A DNA stretch of 64,000 bases from NCBI RefSeq assembly GCF_009914755.1, contig NC_060931.1; one strand, 5' to 3'. Positions 16,938-29,129 of this stretch are shown one piece after another. Each line of letters begins with the position of its first letter. Within the stretch, counting starts at the first letter, position 1. The translations under genes were made by a program, and so were the position numbers. The DNA comes from the human T2T-CHM13v2.0 reference genome, Homo sapiens. Below the pieces are notes generated by a model. That model did no database searches, was not told the DNA's origin, and saw only the letters and a program-made list of their open reading frames with translations.

Positions 16938-17228
16938 GGCAGGAGTGTTGGCTTACACCTGTAATCCCAGCACTTTGGGGGCCAAGGTGGGAGGATGGCA
17001 TGAGGCTAGGCGTTTGAGACCAGCCTGGGCAACATGCTGAGATCCCATCTCAGCAAAGTATAAAAGTTCAGTTACCATGGTAGAGTGTGCCTATAGTCCC
17101 ACAGGAGGCTGATGTGGGAAGACAGCTTGAGCCCCAGATTCAAGGCTGCAGTGAGCTATGATCACACCATTGCACTCCAGCCTGGCCCCAAGAGTGAGAC
17201 CTACAAAAATAAAAAATTAAAAAAAAAT
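16938..17228 (+). mobile_element. AluJ
   Basis: Diverged Alu with J-type gagcccc..ttcaaggctgcagtgagctatgatc. Confidence 0.88.
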
Positions 17229-17336
17229 AGAAGTACATAAACTAGTATTCAAATTTTAGAGAACATTGGATGTGCACTGGTGCTTTCGTGTTGTAAGTTG
17301 TGTATTTATTCATGTAGAAATCATTTCTCTGAACAT

Positions 17337-18102
17337 TATCAACCTAAATAACAAAAACGGAAAGGGAGACTCTCTAAAAGAAAATGATGTTTATTCAGAA
17401 ACAGGCATTGCAGTGGGAATATATGTGCCGTAATAAATTATGTGCGTATTGAGGGAGGTGAAGGAAGACAAAGGTTTTTTTTTTTTCTTTTTTCTTTTTC
17501 TTTTCTTTTTTTTTTTTTTTTTTTTTTGAGACGGAGTCTTACTCGGTCACCCAGACTGTAGTGCAATGGCGCGATCTCAGCTCACTGCAACCTTCGTCTC
17601 CCGGGTTCAAGAGATTCTCCTGCCTCAGCCTCCTGACTAGCCGGGATTACAGGCGCCCACTACCACGCCTGGCTAATTTTTGTATTTTTAGTAGAGATGG
17701 GGTTTCACCATGTTGGTCAGGCTGGTCTCGAACTCCTGACCTCGAGATCCACCTGCCTCGGTCTCCCAAAGTGCTGGGATTACAGGCGTGAGCCACTGTG
17801 CCTGGCCGACAAAGGTTTTTAAAGGAAAATTAGAAGAATTACATAATTGTTTTATGATAATTATCCTTGACTACAAAGATCAGTAACAAGCGTCATGGCA
17901 GTCTGACATTGGGCAGGCAGATGTCTTCATAGAAGTATGTTTTGTGTATAAGGTTGCAGTGGCCTTTGTGCAAGGCTGTGTTTTTTGCAGCCTTTTGTGA
18001 TAGTTTTCATATATGAGAACCCTTCCTTCGTGGCCTTCCCCAGCTCTGTTTGTCAGGGGTTTTAACACAAGTGACTCCATTTTGATTGTGATAACTTTGA
18101 CA
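17337..18102 (-). mobile_element. ERV1 (MER4-group, MER93-like) solo LTR interrupted by an Alu
   Basis: Reverse reads tgtcaaagttatcacaatcaaaatggagtcacttgtgtt..., with AATAAA (tttatt on +) near 17390; continuous across the Alu TSD. Confidence 0.65.
17480..17807 (-). mobile_element. AluS (Sg-like) with long T tail
   Basis: Perfect 13-bp TSD gacaaaggttttt (17467-17479, 17808-17820) at a TT/AAAA endonuclease site. Confidence 0.95.
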
Positions 18103-18139
18103 AAATGTAACTAGCAGTGTTTTGCTTTATAAAGGAGAG

Positions 18140-18285
18140 TCATTGTTATAGTAGAAAACATATGGAAAACCTAGGTCAGCTTCCCTCTGCCACTTCTTAG
18201 CTGGGTGACTTTAGTTGAACAAGTTCCTTAGCTACTCCTAGCTTCAGTTTCCGAACCAGAAAACTGTAACAATAAAACCTATTTT
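18140..18285 (+). mobile_element. MIR fragment
   Basis: ctctgccacttcttagctgggtgacttt...gcttcagtttcc. Confidence 0.6.
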
Positions 18286-19004
18286 AAGTATAACCTATAA
18301 CTAACATACCACAGCAATAACAATAGAAAAACAGTGATCTTCTGCCTCATCCATACCCACCCTTTAATCCTATTTACCAGAAGCAACTACTTTTAACTGT
18401 TTGTTTTTAATTATTTTTTATTTATTTTTACTTTTAACTCTTTTAGACATGGTATTTTACTTCTGTCTTAAATTGCTTATATTGCTATTCATTGATTTAC
18501 TATTTTCGACACTATCTACTAAGTAGGTATTATGGTAGATGAGGATTTAACTTGCTTCTGTCAACCTTACTTCATTATCCTAATTTAGAATCTATATCAC
18601 GTCTTAGAACATTAATATATAAATATTATTCATGCTTAAAGTCAGGTAGTATTTATGATGATATATTTTCTTGTATAACCTTTTGCTTTTCCTGGACTTA
18701 ATAACTGTCTGTGATTCTTATTAGTTGTCTTTGCTCTTATGACTAATTATAATTGTGAAGAATTTATCAATTACCTATGAAAACATATTTTTCAAATTCT
18801 CAAACACAACAGCAAATCTATCAGTTCCATTTACTTTTTTTACGTCTCCTTTCCTCAGCCATGTTCTTGAAACTTTCCTCTCTCGGCTTTCTGATTTCTT
18901 GGCTTGGCACAATGTAGCATTTCTTATCTCAGACTTCATTTGCTCCCCACTCATCCCCATCCCCACTTTGTCTCTGCATGGTGTTGTAGGTCCTAAGATG
19001 GTTA

Positions 19005-19400
19005 TTCTCTGTTCTCTTCCTAATCTCTTCCCCACCCTCTTCTGTCCTGCCCTGTGTCTTACTTCGCTGACCCCTAGGGAATTGCATCCTCTCAGCTGCC
19101 ATCACTCACTGGTTTCCAGCTGGGTTCAGGCAAAAACAAGTGAGAGGAGAGAGTGACTGTATACTTTTCCCTAATTCTTCTGCATGTTAGACCATGTTTC
19201 TGGAAATGACTAACTACAACTTCTTTGGGGAAGCTTCTCTCCCATAGCACTAGTTGTCAGTAGACACTAATAACACTTAGGTCTTAGTTGGAGAGGGAGT
19301 CATGGCTTCCTGCTGTTGCTAGAATCTGAGTATTTCTGTATGTCTTATTGGTTCCCTTATAGCTCTATTCGTAGTCACTTCTGGGTTGGATCCATTTTCC
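19005..19400. mobile_element. Old ERVL LTR (LTR33-like)
   Basis: ctgccctgtgtc..gctgacccctagggaattgcatc...ggtttccagctgggttc...ggcttcctgctgttgcta resembles LTR33. Confidence 0.45.
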
Positions 19401-19419
19401 TTCTGGAGTGTCACTGACT

Positions 19420-20100
19420 GCAGATTCCCTTTATCTGGATTCCATGTCTTCCTCCTTTAGGTGCATTAGAAGAATGCATACATTAGAGATACAGTTTTCA
19501 AATTCTTAGTATTTTGAAAACGCCTTTATTCTACTCTCACAAATGATTGATGTTTGGCTAACTGTATATCATTAATGATAATGTATAACTTGAATGTTAA
19601 TTTTTTTCCTCAGAATTTTCAATACATTGTTTTATTTCCCTAGAGCTTCTGGTATTGCTGCTGAGAAGTGTGATTCCATTCTCCACTTCTCGATCATTTG
19701 TGTGCCCTCTCATACTTCCTCCCTGGAGGGAATTGGGTTCTTCCCTCTATCCCTGGTATTCCAGAATTTCATGATGATATTGCCTTGGTAGTATCTTTTT
19801 CTATTGGTGCTGGGTAAGTTTCCTTCAAGATAAAGAATAACGTGTTTTAGCTCTTAGAAAACTTCTTGAATTTCTTTTTTAAAAAAATGATTTCTTCCAT
19901 CCTCTCTGTCGTCACTTTCTAGAAAATTTGTATTACTTTGATATTGGAACTCCTTTCTTAATCCTCTATTTTTTAAAGTCTTTTATATAACTTTGTATCT
20001 TACAAACCTTCTATTTAAAAAAAAATCAGCTTCCATATATAAAATTGTTCTTGCTTCCTTTCCTTCTGATCTGTATTTCTTCAAACACGGGGATGGGGAC
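19420..20100 (-). mobile_element. Ancient L1M/HAL1-like fragment
   Basis: ctcagaattttcaatacattg...gcttctggtattgctgctgagaagtgtgattccattct. Confidence 0.5.
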
Positions 20101-20887
20101 ATTTTTTGGCTTTTCATTTACTTTTATACATTAAGCACTATAAATCTATACACTTAGAAGGGCCCAATTAACCGGTCAGTTCATTGTATATTGTTCATGC
20201 ATAGAGCTAAACTTCTGGTTGGGAGATCCTCAGATGTCAGTATCTGAAGGCTTTTTCTTTGTTCCTCCTCATATGCTGATTACAGGCAGCTGACATCCTC
20301 AAAGCAGAGTGGAAAGGGGAGCTGATGGTCACATAGATCAGTAAACATGTTTTTCACACTTGATTTCCCTTTTTTTCAGCTCAGTGCCTCACCCTGCTCT
20401 CTTCTGCAACTTTTATCTTCAATTTGAGGCCTCCTGGGTTTAATGTCATCTACCCTGCTGGTGTGTGTTTAGGATGAGATGAGGGATAGTCAGAGAAGAC
20501 CTATGAGGCTAAAGTTTGCTCTTCATACACATTTTCATTTCTCCCCTCTATCTCCAGCTGTCAGACTCAGCTTCACACTTTTTACATCCTGAACTTTTTC
20601 CAAGTTGCTGTAGGTAAATAATCTGACTATAACTTGAAGCTGTAACTCACTGCCTGTGGTCTGCCTAGATTGTCATGTCTTCATCTACATCTTCTCAAAA
20701 CAGGTTACCTCTCAAGTACTTGTGCCTTCTCGTAGAGTTCTTTTATCCTTGTTTAAAATTTTATTTCCTAACTGACACTTTGGTCACTTGGGAGAAGACA
20801 AATGCAGCAATGTTAGTGAGTGCTGCTTGAGGGCAAGAACCAGGTCTTTCTCACCTTGAACGTCTTGATATTATGTAAGGTTGTCCA

Positions 20888-21013
20888 GAAGGAAGGAAAG
20901 GAGGGAGGGAGGAAGGTGGGAGGGGAGGTAGGGAGGTAGGGGGAGAGGGAGGGAGGGAGGGAAGGAAGGAGGGAAGGAAGGAAGGAAGGAAGGAAGAAAG
21001 GAAGGAAGGAAAG
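20888..21013. repeat. GA-rich (GGAG)n/(GGAA)n low-complexity tract
   Basis: About 125 nt, almost entirely purine on +. Confidence 0.92.
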
Positions 21014-23762
21014 CAAGCAGGCTGGCTCATATTGTATAAGGAGGGAATTAGGTTCGTATTGTATAAGGATCTTTATAGGAAGGGAGCTGCCCTAATTCTA
21101 GAGGTGTCTAGAAAGGGAGATCTATGCACATTTTACCACATGCCCTGCTTTTGTTGATTATTTAATATTTGTGACTTTAACTATGAACATTGACTACTAA
21201 GGGTCTTTGTCATGTAGACATTTGTGATTTTCCTGGGGCACAAATTTAACTTGCATATGCTGATGAGTGGGAGCTGATTAAATAGCGTAGTAATGCAGGC
21301 AGGAAACTCGTGACTGCTGCCATCTTAGTGTGGTGGTGGTTTATAATCCCTACCATTTAACTCTCAGTGAAATAACAAATTTATGAAAACCAACCTGAAA
21401 AGAAAGCCATACACTGGTTGATGAGATAGTGATGCAAGTTAATAAAATGTGAGGTCATAATTCTTTAAAAAGATAATAATTTTACATGAGTGGATTATAG
21501 AAAGTAGTTCTTTGGATCTGTGGGCTGTATGAATCCAAAAAAAAGCTTGCTGTTAAAACCAGCAAAAGTAGTTAGTGAAGCATTTTCAACAAGTGTTTAG
21601 GCAATAGAAAATTTCTAATCCAGTGAAGGTGAAAAAGTGGATCATTAACTTATATGCACAGGAAAGACATGATTGAATGGAAATGGGATTGGAGAGAAAC
21701 TAGGAGCCTCTATAAATGTCATTGTGTGACAATAGTTACTAAAGATGCCTACCAGAATATTACAAGGATATCTACTTCATATTGCTTACTGAAGGATGGA
21801 CGTGGAGAATTCTGTGCTTGTTATGACAATTGTGAATTAATTCTTCAGTACTGCATTACCTGGAGGTTATTTTAATTAACAATCACAGTTTCATTTGCTG
21901 GTATTTTGCTGTATGAATTACTATAAGTTAAATATTTTGGTGGCTTTCTTAATTTTAGATGCTATATTATGTAATTGGTAAACTTAGATGTTTGTGGGTT
22001 TTTAAAAAAAATTTATTCTTCAAATGTTGTATCCTTAGATTCCTGTTGGTAGATGTCATTAGAAAAAAAGAAAAGAAATAAAACAATAGTTGAAAAAGAA
22101 CTAAACTTGAACTCAACTAAAACGACCTATCAGTGTCCAAGAAACATCCTGCTAAATTTCATTAAAAATAAAACAAAACGTATTCATAGTATGTGACAGT
22201 CGCTTAGTAATTACTAATGACAGAATCCGAGTAGCTTCCTATTTTCCTACACCCATGTGGGTTGCTCATCTTTTACTGTGGCGTTTTCTATTTCTCTGTA
22301 TTTCTGTGTGAGACAATAGATTCCAAGAGTGGGATGTTTATATAATTGAATTTTCAGTTGAGCTTGGCAAAGCTTTTCTCATTTTTTCTGATTGATAATT
22401 TAAATGGTTCTTCCTTTATTGTTAGCTTTTACCATGTTTGTTTTTGAATACTTAATATATTCATAGCCTAATGGAAACCCCAACAGATTAAAAACTTTAT
22501 TATAGAAATAAATAAATTTCCATCTATTTGTGACCATTTTATAACCTCTGAAATTAGAGGTGTTTGTTTTTGTTGTTTGTTTTTTCTCACACACTGGGTG
22601 TGGTTGATGGTAACAGAAAACAAAAAAAAAACAGCTCTAGAATCTCAGGGTAGCTCTCTTCCCACAGAAATCTCCCTTATACCTTGTGAGCCACTTCATT
22701 TATTCATTCAGCAAAACATTACAGAATGTCGAGAGGTGCAAGGTGAGAAGGACCTGGTTCCTGCCCTCGAGCAGCACCCACTAGCGCTACTGCATTGTAC
22801 AACCCCAAAGGCATCATTCAAGTTGTAATCTATGTGCAGTGGCCAGACTGCAAAGCTACATTCCAGGGCAAATATTTGAGAATATTCCAAGAAGCCCACA
22901 GACTTCACCAAAAAAATGGACCCTGTTAATCTGTACCGGAAAGGTTTTTGCCTTTAGGTCTTGCATCTATTATCTCAGATATTAGGTTGTTGTCAAATAT
23001 TTTACTGTAAAATATCAATCATCCAGTCATATATCTTAGTAGTGCCCATTTCAGCATTCTTACCCATAGTCCATCAAAGTCTAGCTATGCCATTTGATGA
23101 CTGGAACTAAATATATCAACTTAACATAGTGTAAATTGAAGTTCAGAATTCTCCTTATAGTAGGATAATTTACATGAAGGTTTTAGCAGTGATTTCTCTT
23201 CACGATATGCCACATGAAGTTTCTTGAAAAAGATTGCTTGATGTGTCTTTTGCTTTGATTTTTAAGATAATTACCCATGAATAAATTTTTCCTAATTTCC
23301 TACATTATTGCATAAGGATTAATACATTTGCAGAGAGAAGCCTTAAAATATGACTTCCTTGTTTTGTATCAGCTGTCATATAAACAGAAATTAAAGATGT
23401 GCAAGGCTTATTAATTTGCTTTTTTCTCATTCTGCCTGGACTATGCTTATTCCTTAGAGAAGGGCCGTTATTGGTAGAGTTTTAAATGAATTATCAAATG
23501 GAACTTCTCCTTTCATTGTTCCATAATACAAGAAATAATATTTATCTGCTATTTCTTGTCATATTTTTCATTTTTCTTTTTTTTCTTACAGTAGTCCTCG
23601 GTGAAGGCATTTCCTATTTATATTTTTATACTAATTGTGGCTGGTTGCTGGATGTTACCAGTCCAAATATTCCTTGTTATCTATGTAACCTGGAGTTATT
23701 ACTTTAAGACTCCATCTCTAGAGTCTTCATTATCCATAGGAGTCTGTGTTGAATTTTTAAGC

Positions 23763-24058
23763 TTTTTTTTTTTTTTTTGAGATGGAGTCTCACTCTGTCG
23801 CCCAGGCTGGAGTGCAGTGGCACAATCTCGGCTCATTGCAACCTCCGCCTCCCAGGTTTAAGCGATCCTCTGCCTCAGCCTCCTGAGTAGCTGGGATTAC
23901 AGATGTGTATCACCATGCCCAGCTAATTTTTGTATTTTTAGTAGAGACAGGGCTTCACCATGTTGGCCAGGCTGGTGTTGAACTCCTGACCTCAGGTGAT
24001 CCACCCGCCTCTGCTTCCCAAAGTGCCGGGATTAAAGGTGTGAGCCACTGTGCCTGGC
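23763..24058 (-). mobile_element. AluS (Sx-like)
   Basis: Reverse Alu; TSD tgaatttttaagc. Confidence 0.93.
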
Positions 24059-24723
24059 TGAATTTTTAAGCACTTTTTAAACACAGCCAACATCATATTT
24101 TCAGTGCATTAGCAATGATGGTAGACTTCAATTTTATAGGATAGTTTTACTGTGTTCTTTGCCAAAGCCTCTAATTTTGAAGATTTTATTTTGATTTTGT
24201 CTTTATCTTTGCTGGCATTTGTGTCACCTGGGAAGAAATCAAAGTTGCCATCTCTATTTGCTCTTTTTTAACCTGACCAGGCTGACCAAATAAAGACAGG
24301 TTTTTCTGACTGCAGAGGCAGCATAGCATAACAAAGAGATTGCTGACCCTGGATTCAGGAGATGCAGTTTCTGATTCTGCTACCTACACTAAGACATTTA
24401 AACATATAATACAGCTTCCTTACATGTAAAAATCAAAACATTGTCTGAGGCCTTCTCAAAGGTACCTTTATTTCTAAATTTTAGCATTCAAGTAAATTGT
24501 ACAGTGGAGCGAAAGGTTTCCATGGAGACTGCTGGAGTTCCTTTGGAGTGTCTTAGAAATGAAGTTAGAGTTCAGGTATTTTGGTGAAATTACTGAGTTG
24601 ATTTTTTTATTAGTGTTTAATTTCATAGGATAATATTAGCTCTAAATAAAATGCCTTTTTCTGTTGCAGTATCTTGTGTGTACTCCTCAGACTAGTTTAT
24701 GCAATTCATTCATTTATTCCCTC

Positions 24724-24960
24724 ATTTTTTATTATTATTATACTTTAAGTTTTAGGGTACATGTGCACAACGTGCAGGTTTGTTACATATGTATACATGT
24801 GCCATGTTGCGCTCATCAACTCGTCATTTAGCATTAGGTGTATCTCCTAATGCCATCCCTCCCCGCTCCCCCCACCCCACAACAGTCCCCGGTGTGTGTC
24901 CATGTGTTCTCATTGTTCAGTTCCCACCTATGAGTGAGAACATGTGGTTTTTTTTTTTTT
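24724..24960 (-). mobile_element. Short L1PA (PA4/5-like) 3'-end insertion
   Basis: attattattatactttaagttttagggtacatgtgcacaacgtgcagg... is L1 3'UTR; probable TSD ctc[a/g]tttt; sits inside an L2 end. Confidence 0.88.
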
Positions 24961-24961
24961 G

Positions 24962-25520
24962 TCTCGTTTTAAAGATAGTTATTGAACACCTATTTTGTAC
25001 AAGGCAGTTTGTGAGATCTTGGAACTGAAAAGATGAGAAAGATGTATTCATGCCTTCAAGGTCACAGGGAAAGACAGTGTGATGAGCCATAACACAGGTA
25101 TATGGTTAGTACAGTGGCAGCTCAGAGGTGAAGGTGATAAATTTATCCTCAGTGAATGATTAAGGGGATCAGGGGAGGCTTCACCCGGTGGTAATTACTC
25201 TGCCTGACTTCTCAAAGCCATCTTTCCAAGCTAACAAAGCTAGGTTTGAAGGACGTGTACATCATGCCATGGACAAAGACTAACAGCTGAAATATCTGGT
25301 GTTTTGTAGATAGAGATGGAGGATAGGATTTCAGAAGCATTCAAAAAGGATGGTAAGGAGGAAGAGAGAAAGTGTTTGGAGATCAGATTGTAGAAGTATT
25401 TAGGAATACTTAGGATGTAGACAACTTGATGACTGCATATACATAGTAAAAAAAAAAAAAAAAAAGGCAAAAGATTTCAGATGATTCCTGGGTTTCTGGA
25501 TCTGGTAACTGGACCAGACA
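24962..25520 (-). mobile_element. L2 LINE 3' region (continues from 24703-24723)
   Basis: ttcattcatttattc...ttattgaacacctattttgtacaaggc...gatgattcctgggtttctgg. Confidence 0.55.
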
Positions 25521-26631
25521 GCAAAAATACAGCTTTGCCATTTCATTAAAAAATAATAATAAATGTACATAGTAATTAAAGTGTATGAACAAAAATTATC
25601 ATTGGAACATAAGGAACATTTATGCTGGTTGGCACTTTAAGATTGTTGGGCTTCTCAGTCTTCCGTGTTAGTTTTATTGCTGATGTAGATCCTAGTAAGA
25701 GGATTCTAATCACTTGCCTGGTGCCTCCCTCCAAGTCAGCAGCAGGCCACCCTGGGCCTTGAGTCTACTGAACTACATTAGCTTAGCTTCCTGTACTTTA
25801 TTTTTTACTTTTGTTTTTATTCTGATATGCTTAATTTGTAAGTACAACTTCTTAGAGATATAATTTTGTTTCATAGTTGAAAAATAAATATTATAGTTTC
25901 CCATTATATTAAAAGTTTATTGTTTTGAATCAAATATTTTCTAAGATGGGCTTTTACCCACAATCCAGGGTTATATTTTCATTCCTTAAGAGCAAAGTAC
26001 TCCATAGAAGTTCTTGACTAAGATATATTGTGCCTATCTGTGCCTAATGAAGCACTAACCACAGTAAATGATGAGTGGCAGTTTAATCAATTTGGTTCCT
26101 TCTGTAGTCACCAAGGGCATGCAGAATGTAATTTTTTAGTCTTTCACTTTTCAAATACTGCAAATGCCAAAATGAAAAGATTAAGTCTGTTATATGTAAT
26201 AAATTTTCTTTTAGAATATAGAAAAAGGTCACTTTTTAATTTTCATCTTTTTGAAGCTGACCTCCTAGGGAAGAAAACTCTTTGTTCTATTTTACATATA
26301 TATACATTCCTTCAGAGAAGAGTAAGATAAATAAATGGCTACCTTGGTGCATCAAATAGTTCTAGCTTTAATTGCATAATGGTTTATTTCAGTGAACCAT
26401 GGCTAAATAAAATTTCCTATTAGGTTAATTAATGTGGAAGCATTCTGAGTTTGTATTGCATCCCTGTGTGTTAAATTTAGATTATGTTTTGCATTTAATC
26501 TAACTTATTTCAGTGATCTGTTTCTTTGTTGTTCCTTTGGCTGGAGCTTGAATATATGTTCAGAGAATTGATCTGAGTTATAAAACTCCATTCAAAACAG
26601 AATTACCCAAATTCCTTTACATTATCGCCCC

Positions 26632-26790
26632 TCAGTACCTGATTTTGAGAACAGTAGCATCAACATGGCTTGGAAGCTTGTTAGAAATGCAGGATCTCAG
26701 GCCTCAACCCATACCCAGTAATTAGAATCTGAATTCTAAGAAGATCTCCATGTGGTTAGCATACACATTAAAGGATGAGAAGCACTGCTT
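26632..26790. mobile_element. MER5A hAT MITE
   Basis: agcatcaacatggcttggaagcttgttagaaatgcaggatctcaggcc...tgagaagcactg. Confidence 0.75.
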
Positions 26791-27341
26791 CAAGTACTTT
26801 TTTTGGAAGGATACATAGGATTTGAGGAAATTTCCGATGCCAGCATAATGTTGAAAGGCAGAGAACTAACCTGTAATGAGTTATGGTTCTGTTCATCTGC
26901 TTGCCTCCTGTCAGAATCAGAAACAGCTTGACACTCCCTTTTTTAACATCCTTCTTTCCAAAGGTTTCAACAATGCAGATGGCTCTGAAGGGCTCTAAAT
27001 AATTTTCTAAACTTGAGAAGAGGCCTCTTATCACTTTCAATTAGGAAATTATGTATAATAAGGGGCAGGTCTCCCCCCACCATAATAGTCTAAGTTTGAT
27101 GAGTCATTGTTCCTGCTGCACATATGGCAGTGCACGGGCTATGCTGTGTCATGATCCCTCTGGAATTGAAACTGTCACTCTGCTTAAAGCTCTCGGTCCT
27201 AAGGAATCCCAAGCCTTTGCTAACACATGGATGCAATAAAAAAACGAAAATCTAGGCAGTGTTTTCTGACATTTTCATTGCAACCATATTTTAAAATATT
27301 AGAGTCTTTCTGCATTATCTACTGATATTGAGCCAAACTTT

Positions 27342-28327
27342 TATCGGGGGGACCAGCCCACAATATTTCAACGTAGGTTCTTTCTATTTTCCTAAGTGTT
27401 GGCTGATCTGAGAAATAAAGAGAAAGAATACAAAGAGAGAAATTTTACAGCTGGGCCTCTGGGGGTGTCATCACATATTGGTAGGACTGTGATGGCGACC
27501 TCGAGCCGCAAAACCAGCAATTTTTTTTAGGGATTTTGAAAGGAGAGGGGGTGTACTTACAGGGAGTAAGTCACAGAGATCACATGCTTCAAAGGGCAAT
27601 GAAAGATCACAAGGCAAGGGCAAAATTAGAATTACTGATGAGGGTCTGTGTCCCACTGTGCACGCATTGTCTTGAAAAACATCTTAACAGGAAACAGGGT
27701 TCGAGAGCAGACAACCGGTCTGACTAGAATTCACCAGGCTGGAATTTCCCAATCCTAGTAAGCCTGAGGGTACTGCAGGAGACCAGGGCATATTTCAGTC
27801 CTTATCTCAACCTCGTAAGACAGACACTCCCAGAGCAGCCGTCTATAGACCTCCCCCCAGGAATGCATTCCTTCGCTAGGGTATCAATTATTAATATTTC
27901 TTTCTGGGAAAAGAATTCAGTGATACTTCTCCTATTCACATAACCATCTATAGGCTTTCTACGAGAAGGAAAATATGGCTCTATTCTGCCTGACCCCACA
28001 GGCAGTTAGACCTTATGGTTATCTTTCCTTGTTCCCTGAAAATTGCTGTTATTCTGTTTTTTTTCAGGGTGCCCTGATTTCATATTGTTCAAACACACAT
28101 GTTTTACAAACAATTTGTACAGTTAACGCAATCATCACAGGGTCCTGAGGCGACATACATCCTCAGCTTATGAAGATTACAGGATTAAGAGATTAAGACA
28201 GGCATAAGAAATTATAAAAGTATTAATTTGGGTAACTAATAAATGTCCATGAAATCTTCACAATTTATGTTCTTCTGCCGTGGCTTCAGCCAGTCCCTCT
28301 GTTCTGGGTCTCTGACTTCCCGAAACA
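27342..28327 (-). mobile_element. MER11 solo LTR (HERV-K11/HML-8), 986 bp
   Basis: Reverse starts tgtttcgggaagtcagagaccc... and ends ...ggtccccccgata; perfect 6-bp TSD aacttt (27336-27341, 28328-28333). Confidence 0.9.
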
Positions 28328-29129
28328 AACTTTTGCCTTGAGAATTAGGGAAGAAGGAGAACAATGTTTTATTTTTTTGATATCTTAATCTAACCAAAAT
28401 TAGATTAATGTCAACTAGAGAAATAATAATCTTTATGTCTTATTCTGCTTCCTCATGTGATATAATTATTTATTGAGTTAATTACCATTTAGTTAACAAT
28501 ATCTTTTTGAGAAAATTGACTGAGTATAGTCCCTTGAAAATATGCATCAAATGCAGATTTTTTTATTATGCATGCTGATGGATGTAATTAATCCATATTT
28601 AGTTGAAAGATAGAAAGTTATCCTACACCATAAAATCCCAACAGGACTTTAATGAACAGATACATACATTACAAGGCATATTAGCTGGTGCCTTTTTGAC
28701 CTAACCCTATTTCATTCAGGTCTGGTAATGTTGCCATATCGCCATAACCCCTATCAATCATTTGGGCTATATTTTTAAAAGCAAAAGACCAAATCTTTGT
28801 TCTGAGAAAGGTAATGGTGGCTAATACATTTACAAGTAAATAAATAAATTGCAGTTGTAGAAAGTATCATGGAGAGCACAGAGTTAGGGGACCTAACATA
28901 GCCTGAGAGATCAGAAGACCTTCCCACAGAAGTAGCCCTGAACTTGTCTTTCCCTTTTCTAAGGGAGGAAAGTTCTTACTCCTTCCCTGTAAATTACATT
29001 TTTTTCTATGTATTACACACTCCACCCTACCCTTGCCCCAAATATAGTAGTTTCAATAAATCTTTTCACCTTGAATTCCTTTGCCATAGAGTATATTATA
29101 TATATTTCTTCAAATACTTTCATATTAAA

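Noticed and set aside
21255-21335. C/D-box-like tgatga...ctga and a CTCF-like ctgccatcttagtg
   Set aside because: The boxes are far too close for a snoRNA and lack a terminal stem; the CTCF match fails in its second half.
23560-23610. Long polypyrimidine tract plus cag
   Set aside because: No good downstream donor and no kinase-like sequence; the two real exons already join seamlessly.
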